Positions 54,138 to 64,000 of a stretch of 64,000 nt of DNA are shown here, one piece after another. The translations under genes were made by a program, and so were the position numbers. Every line of letters begins with the position of its first letter. Position 1 is the first letter of the stretch. Source of the DNA: the human T2T-CHM13v2.0 reference genome, Homo sapiens; assembly GCF_009914755.1 (NCBI RefSeq), contig NC_060927.1; one strand, given 5' to 3'. Under the pieces are notes generated by a model. It saw nothing but the letters and a program-made list of their open reading frames with translations. It was not told where the DNA came from and ran no database searches.

Positions 54138-55682
54138 AGCAGAAAACCAGCCCTAGCTAGAGGGGAATCACTGGTCCCAGTGGTCCAAACTTGAGTTCTC
54201 ACAAACCTTGCCACTGATGTCTACAGTACTCCATGTCTCCAAGTAACTTTGAAAGGCAGGCTAAGTCACAATGACTGCAACCCTTAGGCAAGTCCTAGTG
54301 CTGAACTAAGCCTAGAGACAGGGTACTAGGGGGGCATGCAACCTACTGAGACACCAACTGGGGGCAGCCAAGGGAATGATGGCATCACCCCTTCCCTAAC
54401 CCCAGGCTGCACAGCTCATGGTTCCAGGAGAGATCCCTTTCCCTCCACTTGAGGATAGGAGATGGAAGAGTGGGGAGGACTTTGTCCTGCATCTTGGATA
54501 CCAGCTCAGACACAGCTGGATAGGACACTGATCAGAATTGTGAGGCCCCTGTTCCAGGCCCTAGCTTCCAGACAACATTTCTAGGCACAACCTGGGCCAT
54601 AAGGGAAGCCACTTCCTTGAAGGAAAGGACTCAGTCCTGGCAGCATTTATTACCTGCTAACTGAAGAGCCTTTGGGCCCTGAATAACTACTAACAATACC
54701 CAGGTACTATGTTGAGGGCCTTGGGTGAGCCTCTGAGACTTGTTGGCTTCAGGTACCAGCATGGGCACAGAGGGTTAGAGTACCAAGTGGGCTCCTGACA
54801 TCCCTAACTCCAGGACTTGACTCTTGGATAGCATTCTTGGACATGTCCTGGGCCAGAGAGGAACCCAATGCCCTGAAGGGTGAGTCTCAGGCCAGGAAGC
54901 ATTCACCACAAACTGACTTCAGAGACCTTGGGCTTTAAGGGAACATTAGCTATAATTTGGCAGTACTCCTAGTGGCCTGGGGTGACAGTGGCTATGGAGT
55001 GAGTCTCCTCTGCCTTTGGAAAAAGGAGGAAAGAGTGGGAAGGGCTGCAGCTAGTGGTTTGAGTGCCAGCTCAGCTGCAACACAATAGAACAGCAGGTAG
55101 ACTTCTAAGATTTTTTGACTCTAGTTCCTGACCCCCAGATGGCACCTCTGGACCAACCTGGGGCCTAGAGACCTCACTGAACTGAAGAAAAGGGCACAGG
55201 CCTAGCTGGCTTAGCCACTTGCTTATTGTAGAGCCTCAGGACCTTGAGCAAACATAGGCAGTGGCCAGGGAGCATTTACAGCAGGCCTTGGATGAAACCC
55301 AGTGATGTGCTGGCTTTAGGTTTGATACAGTGCAGTTATAGTGGTGGTGGCAAGAGACTCCATTTGTTTGGGACAAAGTAAGGGAAGAGAACAAGAGTCT
55401 CTGCCTGGTAATCCAAATAATTCTCATGGATCTTGTCCCAGACCATCAGAGCAGTACCTCTGAAAGTCTGCAAGAACAACAACATTACTTGGCTTGGAGT
55501 GCTCCCTAAAGCAGATACAGCTTAGATTATAACACCCAAGTCCTTTCAAATATCTAGAAGCCTTCCCAAGAAGGACAGCTACAAAGTGAAGACTACAGGC
55601 TGGGAAGATTACAATAAATACCTAACTCTTCAATAGCCAGATACTGAAGAACATCTACTAGCATCACACCATCCAGGAAAGC

Positions 55683-56640
55683 ATGACCTCACCAAATGAA
55701 CTAAATAAGGCACCAGGGACCAATCCTGGAGAAATACAGATATGTGACTTTTCAGGAAGAGAATCTAAAATAGCTGTGTTGAGGAAGCTCAAAGAAATTC
55801 AAGATAACACAGAGAAGAAATTCAGAATTGTATCAGATACATTTAACAAAGAGATGGAAAAAATTTAAAAGAAGTAGAAATTCTAGAGTTGAAAAATGCA
55901 ATTGACATACTGAAGAATGCATCAGAGGCATTTAGTAGCAGAATTGATTAAGTAGAAGAAAGAATTAATGAGCCTGAAGACAGGCTAGTTGAAAATATAC
56001 AGTCAGAGGAGAAAAAAGAAGAATAAAACATAATGAAGCATGCCTATAGGATCTAGAAAATATCCTCAAAATAACAAATCTAAGAGTTATTGCCCTTAAA
56101 GAGGAACTAGAGAAAGAAATAAAGGTAGAGAGTTTATTCAAAGGGATAATAACAAAGAACTTCTTGAACCTAGAGAAAGCCATCAATATCCAAGTACAAG
56201 ATGGTTTTAGAGCACCAAACAGTTTTCAGCCAAAGAAGACTACCTCAAGGCATTTAATAATCAAACTCCCAAAGGTCAAGGATAAAAAAGGATCCTAAAA
56301 GCAGCAAAATAAAAGAAACAAATAATATACAATGAAACTTCAATACATCTGACAGCAGACTTTTCAGTGGAAAACTTAACAGGCCAAGGTAGAGTAGCAT
56401 GACATATTTAAAATTCTAAAGAAAATAAAAGTTTACCCTAAAATAGCATATGCAGCAAAAACAGCCTTTAAACGTGAAGGAGAAATAAATACATTCCCAG
56501 ACAAACAAAAGCTGAGGCATTTCATCAATACCAGATCTGTCCTACAAGAAATGCTAAAGGAAATCCTTCAATCGGAAAGAAAAGGACATTCATGTGCAGT
56601 ATATAATCACCTAAAGGTACAGAACTCTCTGGTAATAGTA
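55683..56640 (+). pseudogene. Decayed L1 ORF1p
   Basis: ORF 55683-55868 matches the L1MA ORF1 N-terminus; downstream RRM/CTD remnants carry stops. Confidence 0.85.
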
Positions 56641-57957
56641 AGTACAGAGAAAAACACAGGATTATTATAACACTGTAACTGGGTAAAAACTAGTCTTATC
56701 CTAAGTAGAAAGACTAAACAATGAACCAATCAAAAATAATAACTACAACAACTTTTCAAGACATAGTCAGTACAATAAGATATAATCAGAAAGAAAAAAC
56801 GTTAAAAAATGAGGGGACAACATTTAGGCATAGAATCTTGAATAGTTTTCTTTTTGCTTGTTTGTCTGTTTATGCCCATAGCGTTAAGTTGTTATTAGGT
56901 TAAAAAAATGGGTTATGAGATAGTATTTGTAAATCTCATGTTAACTCCAAACCAAAAAACATAATGGATAGAAAAAAATTAAAAGCAAAAAACTATATAA
57001 TATCACCAGTGAAAATCACCTTCACTAGAGAAAGATAAGAAGAAAAGAAATAAGGAGAAGAAGACCACAAAACAACCAGAAAACAAACAACAAAATGGCA
57101 GGAGTAAGTCCTTACTTATCAATAATAACATTGAAAGTAATTGGACTAAACTCTTCAATTAAAAGACATAGATTGGCTGAATGAATGAAAAAAAAACAAG
57201 ATCCAATGATCTGTTGCCTATAAGAAACACACTTTACCTATAAAGACACACATAGACTAAAAAAAGGATGGAAAGAGATATTTCATGCCAATGGAAACCA
57301 AAAAAAAAGAGCAGGATTCACTATACTTGTATCAGAATAAATAGATTTCAAGACCAAAGCTATCAGAAGAGACAAAGAATGTTACTGTATAATGATAAAG
57401 GGGTCAATTCAGCAAAAGGATATAACAATTTTACACATATATGCACCCAATGCTGGAGCACCCAGATATATAAAGCAAATATTATTAGAGCTCAAGAGAG
57501 AGAGATAGGCCTCAATAAAATAATAACTGGAGACTTCACCACCACCCTTTCAGCATTGAACAGATCTTCCAGATGGAAAATCAACAAAGAAACATTAGAT
57601 TTAATTTGCACTATAGATCAAATGGATCTAATAGATATTTCCAAATTATTTCATCCAACAGCTACAGAATACACATTTGTTTCCTCAGCACATGGATCAT
57701 TCTCAGCATAGACCATATATTAGGTCAGAAAACAAGTCTTAAAGCATCCAAAAAAATGAAATAATGTTAAGCATCTTCTCTAACCACAATGGAATAAAAC
57801 TGGAAATTAATAAGAGGAATTTTAGAAACTATACGAACACATGGAAATTCAACAGTATGCCCCTGAATGACCAGTGGGTCAATAAAGAAATTAAGTAGGA
57901 AACTGAAAATTTTCATGAAATGAATGATAATGGAAACACAACATACCAAAACCTATG

Positions 57958-58485
57958 TGTATTAGGGTTTTCTAGAGGGACAGGGCTAATAGGATAGATA
58001 TATAGATATATATAAAGGGAAGTGTATTAATGAGTATTGACTCACATGATCACAAGATAATCACTCACGTGATCACAATAGGCCATCTGCAAGCTGAGGG
58101 GCAAGGAAGCCAGTCTGAGTCCCAAAACCTCAAAAGTAGGGAAGCTGACAGTGCAGCCTTTTGTCTGTGGTCAAAGTTTCAAGAGTCCCAAAGCTGAAGA
58201 ACTTGGAGTCCAATGTTTGAGGGCAGGAAGCATCCAGCACAGGAGAAAGATGTAGGCTAGAAGACTAAGCCAGTCTAGTCCTCCTACGTTCCTCTGGCTG
58301 CTTTTATCCTAGCTGCACTAGCAGCTAATTAGATGGTGCTCACTCAGATTGAGGGTGGGTCTACATCTCCCAGTTCACTGACTCAAATGTTAATCTCCTT
58401 TGGCAACACTCTCACAGACACACCCAGGAACAACACTTCACATCCTTCAATCCAATCAAATTGATACTTAATATTAACCATCACA
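57958..58485 (-). mobile_element. MLT2A (HERV-L) solo LTR with perfect TSD
   Basis: tgtattagggttttctagagggacag...attaaccatcaca; TSD ctatg at 57953-57957 and 58486-58490. Confidence 0.95.
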
Positions 58486-59185
58486 CTATGGGATACAGCA
58501 AAAGTAGTACTCAGAGGGAAGTTTATAGCTATAAGTGCCTACATCGAAAAAGAGAAAAAACTTCAAACAAAAAAATCTAACAATGCTTCTTAAAGAACTA
58601 GAAAAGCAAGAGCAAACTAAACCCAAAATTAGTAGAATAAAAGAGATAATAAAGATCAGAGCAGAATTCAATGACACTAAAATTAAAATATACAAAAGAT
58701 CAATGAAACAAAAAGTTGGTTTTTTGAAAAGTTAAACAAAATCGACACATTTTAGCCAGTTTAACTAAGAAAAAAAGAGAACATCCAAATAAATAAAATC
58801 AGAAATGAAAAAAGAGACATTACAGCAATTCAAAGGATCATTAGTGGCTACTTTATATGAACAACTATATGCCAATGAATTGGAAAATCTAGAGGAAATG
58901 GACAAATTCCTAGATACATACAACCTATGAAGATTGAACCCAAAAGAAATCCAAAACCTGAACAGACCAATAGCAAGTAATAGATCAAAGCCGCAATAAG
59001 AAGTCCCCCAGTAAAGAAAAGCCTAGGACCTGATGGCTTCACTGCTGAGCTCTATCATACATTTAAAGAAGAACTAATACCAACCCTACTCAAACTATTC
59101 GAAAAAATAGAGGAGGAGGGAATACTTCCAAACTCATTCTAGGAGTCCAGTGTTACCTGAATACCAAAACCAGACAGACACATAT

Positions 59186-59347
59186 AAAAGAGAAAGAAAG
59201 GAAGAAAGACAGAAAGAAAGACTGAAAGAAAGAAAGAGGGAGAGAGAGAGAGAGAAAGAAAAAAGAAAGAAAGAGAGAAAGAAAGAGAGAGAGAGAAAGA
59301 AAGAAAGAAAAAAAAGAAAGAAAAGAAAGAAAAGAAAAGAAAAGAAA
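59186..59347. repeat. (GAAA)n/(GA)n purine microsatellite expanded inside L1 ORF2
   Basis: Read directly; L1 resumes at ttacaggccaatatctc. Confidence 0.95.
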
Positions 59348-60443
59348 TTAATTACAGGCCAATATCTCTATTGAATATTGATGCAAAAATCCTCAACAAA
59401 ATATGAGCAAACTGAGTTCAAGAATACATCAGAAAGATTGTTTATTATGACCAAGTGTGATTTATCCCTAGGATACAAGGATGGTACAACATATTCAAAT
59501 CAATCAATGTGATACATCGTATCAACGGAATGAAGGATAAAACCCATACGGTAATTTTAATTGATGCTGAAAAAGCATTTGATAAAATCCAACATCCCTT
59601 CATAATTAAAAACCCTCCACAAACTGAGGGTAGAAGGAATATACCTCAACATAATAAAAGCCATGTGCAACAGACCCACAGCTTGTATCATACTGAATGG
59701 TGAAAACCTGAAGGCCTTTCTTTTAAGATAAGAAGACAAGGATGCCAACCATCACCACTGTTATTCAACATAGTAATGGAAGTCCTAGCTAGAGCAATTA
59801 GCAAGAGAAAGATGTAAAGGGCACACAAATTGGAAAAGAAGAAATCAAATTATCCTTGTTTGCAAATAATACGATCTTATATTTGGAAAAACTTAAAATA
59901 CTCTACAAGACAACTATTGAAACTGATAAACAAGTTCAGTAAAGCTGCAGGATACAAAGTCAACATACAAAAATCAGTAGCATTTCTACATGCCAACAGT
60001 GAACAATGTGAAAAAGAAATTTTAAGAAGTAATCAATTTTCAATGGCCACACATAAAATTTAATACCTAGGAATTAACTTAACCAAAAGAAGTCAAAGAT
60101 CTCTATAATGAAAACTATAAAACACTGATGAAATAAATTGAAGAGGACACTAAAAAGGAAAAATATTCCATGTTGATAAATGGAAAGAAAAAATATTGTT
60201 GAAGTGTCCATACTACTCAAAGCAATCTACAGATTCAGTGCAATCTGTATCAAAATACCAATGACATTCTTCACAGAAATAGAAAAAACAATCCTAAAAT
60301 TTACACAAAACCACAAAAGACCCAGAATAGCCAAAGCTATCCTAAGCAAAAAGATCAAATCTGGTGGAATCACATTACCTGATTTCAAATTATACTACAG
60401 AGTTAAAGCAACCAAAACATCATTGTACTGGCATAAAACAGGC

Positions 60444-61288
60444 TGTGGTGTAATATGAAATATATTTTATCTTTGTCCCCTTTTCCTGCCACAAAGCTCC
60501 TAAAATCCCTAAAATTTTCTGAGTGATAGGAGTATCTTTTGTTGTTCATAATGAGCCCCTCTGATAACTCTTGAGTTTATTCTAACGAAGTTACTTACTA
60601 GGGTGAGGCCCCTAGACAGACTCAGGATAGAGTTAATCACCAGAAAGACCAAGTAGTTAGAATTTAGTGGGTTGAAACTTTCAGCCTTACCCACTAATCT
60701 CTGAGGAAGTGAGAGGACTAGGAGAGCATGCTTTATAAAAACTCTTGAACGACAAGATTTGAAAAGTTTTTGATTTGCTGAACACACTGAAGTGCTGGGA
60801 GGGTGACTTGCCCAGAGTAAGCATGGAAGTTTCGAGGCCCTCTATAACCTTGCCCTATCCATCTCATCATCTGGCTGTTAATCTGCATGCTTTGTAATAT
60901 CCTTTATAATAAACTGATAAATGTAAATAAGTGTCTCAGTGAGTCTTATGAGCCATCTTAACAAGTTAATTGAACCTAAGGTGGGGGGATCTCTGGAATG
61001 GCAGTTTGTAACTGGCCAGTCAGGTGTATAGGTGACAATCTACTACTTTTGATTGGTGTCTGAAGTAGAGACAGTCTTGTGGGACTGAGGCCTCAACTAG
61101 CTATTTTATAATAGCTAGTGTCAGAATTGAATTGAACTATAGCACAACCAGTTGGTGTCCACTGGAGAATTTCCTGATGTGTGGAGAAAGCTGCTCTCCA
61201 CACACATACACAAATGTTTGACCACAGAAGTTCTCTTTGTTGAGTCTGAAAGTAGAGAGAAAAAAAATTGCATTTTTTTTCTTTTACA
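60444..61288 (+). mobile_element. MER21-family solo LTR with perfect 5-bp TSD
   Basis: tgtggtgtaatatg...agctcctaaaatccct...gtgtcagaattgaattg...ttaca; TSD caggc at 60439-60443 and 61289-61293. Confidence 0.88.
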
Positions 61289-61416
61289 CAGGCCTTCACC
61301 AGGCATCAGCTCTTGGACTTCTCAACCTCCAGAACTGTGTGAAATAAATTTCTGTTGTTGATAAGCCACGCCTGTCTATATTTTTTTTGCTGTAACAGCC
61401 TGAATGGACTAACACA
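61289..61416 (+). mobile_element. MSTD-like MaLR LTR, 3' half (inverted relative to its other half)
   Basis: cttggacttctcaacctccagaactgtgtgaaataaatttctgttg...ggactaacaca. Confidence 0.85.
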
Positions 61417-61700
61417 ACCACCTTGGTGAGATTTATTCTTAGATATTTTATTCTTTTAGATGTTCTTATAGATTTTTTTTCTTATTTTCCTTTCAGGTTG
61501 TTTCTTGCTGGCGTATAGAAACACAACTGAGTTTTTTATGTTTATCTTGCCTTGCAACTTTGCCAAATTTATTAGCTTTAATTGTGTGTGTGTGTGTGTG
61601 TGTATGTGTGTGTGTGTATGTCTGTATTCTTCAAGATGTACAACATTTAGAATACTGCCATATATGAACAGACATCATTTTACTTCTTCCTTTCCAAAAA
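61417..61700 (-). mobile_element. L1MB-type ORF2 fragment (inverted), containing (TG)n at 61583-61620
   Basis: Reverse reads ggaaaggaagaagtaaaa...aaagttgcaagg...aaaatatctaagaataaatctcaccaagg. Confidence 0.8.
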
Positions 61701-62011
61701 TTTTCTGCTCAGACCAATGTCTTGGAGATTTTCCCCAATGTTTTCTTGTAGTGGTTTCATAGTTTGAGGTCTTAGACTTAAGTCTTTAACCCGTTTTGAT
61801 TTGATTTTTGTACATGGTGAGAGAGAGGGTTCTAGTTTCATTCTTCTGCACATGGATATCGAGTTTTCCCAGCACCATTTATTGAGGAGACTATCTCTTC
61901 CATGGTGTATGCTCTCGACAACTTTGTCAAAAATGATTTCACTGTAGGTTTGCGGATTTGTTTCTGGGTTCTCTATTCTATTCTATTGGTCTACGTGTCT
62001 GTTTTTATGCC
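61701..62011 (-). mobile_element. Inverted continuation of the L1MA ORF2 that stops at 60441
   Basis: Reverse reads ggcataaaaacagacacgtagaccaatagaatagaatagagaacccagaaac..., the next L1 sequence after tactggcataaaacag. Confidence 0.9.
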
Positions 62012-62228
62012 TGTTCATAGATAGCACCTTCTCACTGTGTACATACATGGTTGAAGGGGTAAGACTGCTCTCTGGGGCTACTGTTTTAAGGGCACTAATT
62101 CCACTCATGAGGGCTCCATCCTCATGATCTAATCACTTCCCAATGACCCCAACTCCTAGTTCCGTCACTTTGGAGATTAGGTTTGAGTATATTAACTTTG
62201 GGAAGACACAAACATTCAGACCATAGCA
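62012..62228 (-). mobile_element. MSTD-like MaLR LTR, 5' half
   Basis: gttcatagatagcaccttctc...aagggcactaattcc...acacaaacattcagaccatagca. Confidence 0.88.
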
Positions 62229-63828
62229 GAGGTGAACTAGTTATAAATTGAAAACTAAAAACATTGCTGAAAGAAATTAAGGAAAGATCTAATTAAAATA
62301 AAAAGACATCCCATATTCATGAATTGGAAGACAATATAGTTAAGATGGCAATATTCCTCCAAATGATAGATTTGATGTAGGGATTCAGTGTAATCCCTAT
62401 CAAAATTCCAATTACCTTCTCAGTAGAAATGGAAAAGCTGATTCTCAAATTCATATTGAATTTCAGGGGTCCCAGAATAGCCAAAATAATATTGAAAAAG
62501 AGATAGAGGACACTTACTTTCTTATTTGAAAACTTACTAAGAAAATACATAATCAAAACAGTGTGATATTGGCATAAGAATAGACATCTGGATCAGTGGA
62601 ACAGAATTGAAAGTGTGGAAATAAAACCAAATATCTGTGGCCAATTGATTTTCAACAAGGATGCCAAAACCATTCAATGGTGGAAAGAATAGTTTTTTCA
62701 ACAAATGGTACTGGGACAACTGGATAACCACATGGAAAAGAATAAAGATGGATTGCTGCTTCACTCCATATACAAATTTCAACTCACAATGGAACAACAA
62801 CCTAAATATAATAGCTAAATGTATAAAAATATTAGAGGAAAACATAGGGGTAAATCTTCATGACCTCAGATTTGTAATAGATTTCTTGACATCAAAACAT
62901 GAGCAACAAAAGAAAAAAATGGATAAATTGGACTTCATAAATTTTAAAAACTTCCATTTTTCAAAGGACGCAAGACAATTTAAAGAAAAAACACAGAATG
63001 GGAGGAAATATTTGCAAATCATATATTTGGCAGGAGTTTCGTATTCAGAATACATAAAAATCTCCTGTGACTCCACAACAAAAAAGGCAAACATCCCAAT
63101 TAAAAAAAATGAGCAGTGGACTTGACATTTCCCCAAAAAGATATTCGAGTGGCCAACAAGTACATGAAACTTTCAATTTTCTTGGTTCTTAAGGAAATGC
63201 GAATCAAAACTAAAATGAAATACTATTTTACAGCCTTAAGATGACTATAAATAACAAGCATTAGTGAGAATATGGAGAAATAGAAACTTGTATATTGCTG
63301 ATGAGAATGTAAACTAGTGCAGCCTCTGTGGAAAACAGTTTGGTGGTTTTTCAAACGTTATACATATCATTACCACATGACCCAGAAATTACACTCTTAT
63401 GTATATGCCCAAGAGAAATAAAAATATGTCCACACAGAAACTTATACACAGATGTTCATATCAGGATTATTCATAAAACCAAAAAGCAGAAACAACCCAA
63501 AAGTCCATCTGTAGATGAATAAACAAACTGTGGTATACACATGGAACCGATTATTATTCCACCATAAAAAGCAATGAAATACTGATACATGCTACAACTT
63601 GAACAAACCTTGAAACATGCTAAGTGAAAGAAGCCAGACACAAAAGGTCGCATATAGTATGATTCCTTTTATATCAAATATTAAAAAGAGGCAAGTTTAT
63701 AGAAACAGAAAGTAGATTAGTGATTGCCAGGGGATAGGGACGTGATTAGAATAAATAGATTGTGATTAGAATAGAGACTGATTGTAAGGTGTGTAAATTT
63801 CACCTCAATTAGAAAAAAAAATAAAGAA
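62229..63828 (+). mobile_element. L1MB-type ORF2 3' part and 3' UTR
   Basis: ORF 62661-63125 (FNKWYWDNWITTWKR) and 3' UTR ctaagtgaaagaagccagacacaaaagg, gtagattagtgattgccagggg. Confidence 0.9.
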
Positions 63829-63829
63829 T

Positions 63830-64000
63830 GGGCTGAGGCGGGCAGATCACAAGGTCGGGAGTTTGAGACCAGCCTGACCAACATGGTGAAACCCGTCTCT
63901 ACTAAAAACACAAAAATTAGCTGGGCATGGTGGTGCATGCCTATAATCCCAGCTACTCAGGAGTCTGAGGCAGGAGAATCTCTTGAACCCGGGAGGTGGA
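63830..64000 (+). mobile_element. AluS, 5'-truncated, runs off the window end
   Basis: gctgaggcgggcagatcacaaggtcgggagtttgagaccagcctgacc. Confidence 0.95.

Larger units (their letters stand above)
53497..60441 (+). mobile_element. Near full-length old L1 (L1M1/L1MA1-3 type): 5' UTR, ORF1, ORF2; interrupted and 3'-rearranged
   Basis: 5' end ggaagatggcaggatagaagg; ORF1 MTSPNELNKAPGTNPGE; ORF2 EN (GDFTTTLSALNRSSR) and RT ([14 protein letters not shown]) motifs. Confidence 0.93.
57095..60441 (+). pseudogene. Decayed L1 ORF2p (endonuclease and reverse transcriptase)
   Basis: atggcaggagtaagtccttac start; many stops and frameshifts; split by MLT2A and a GA repeat. Confidence 0.9.

Noticed and set aside
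59150-59374. K/R/E-rich ORF resembling an NLS-bearing protein
   Set aside because: Translation of the (GAAA)n microsatellite.
53497-60441. Potentially active L1 or domesticated reverse transcriptase
   Set aside because: ORF1 and ORF2 carry many stops, frameshifts and nested insertions.

Overview
Primate (very likely human) AT-rich, CpG-poor non-coding DNA, either intergenic or inside a long intron. I recognise no protein-coding gene, RNA gene, CpG island or prokaryote-type system. The ORF track is explained by Alu, L1, LTR and low-complexity sequence. Much of the window is transposon-derived: eight Alus, a nearly full-length Tigger1, Tc2/Kanga and hAT MITEs, MIR/L2, several L1 generations and many solo LTRs (THE1, MLT1/MST, MLT2A, MER21, MER34, LTR33-like). 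The best-supported non-obvious feature is a ~1.6 kb inversion at ~60440-62011, reconstructed from split transposons and their TSDs. Other leads: an unidentified ~1.4 kb insert in an old L1, a non-repeat hairpin near 1.96 kb, a minus-strand recursive-splice-site-like motif and exon candidate, DUX4-type motifs in LTRs, and many small templated duplications. I found no convincing new biological system. Subfamily names come from remembered consensus sequences and need Dfam/RepeatMasker confirmation, and boundaries of old repeats are approximate.
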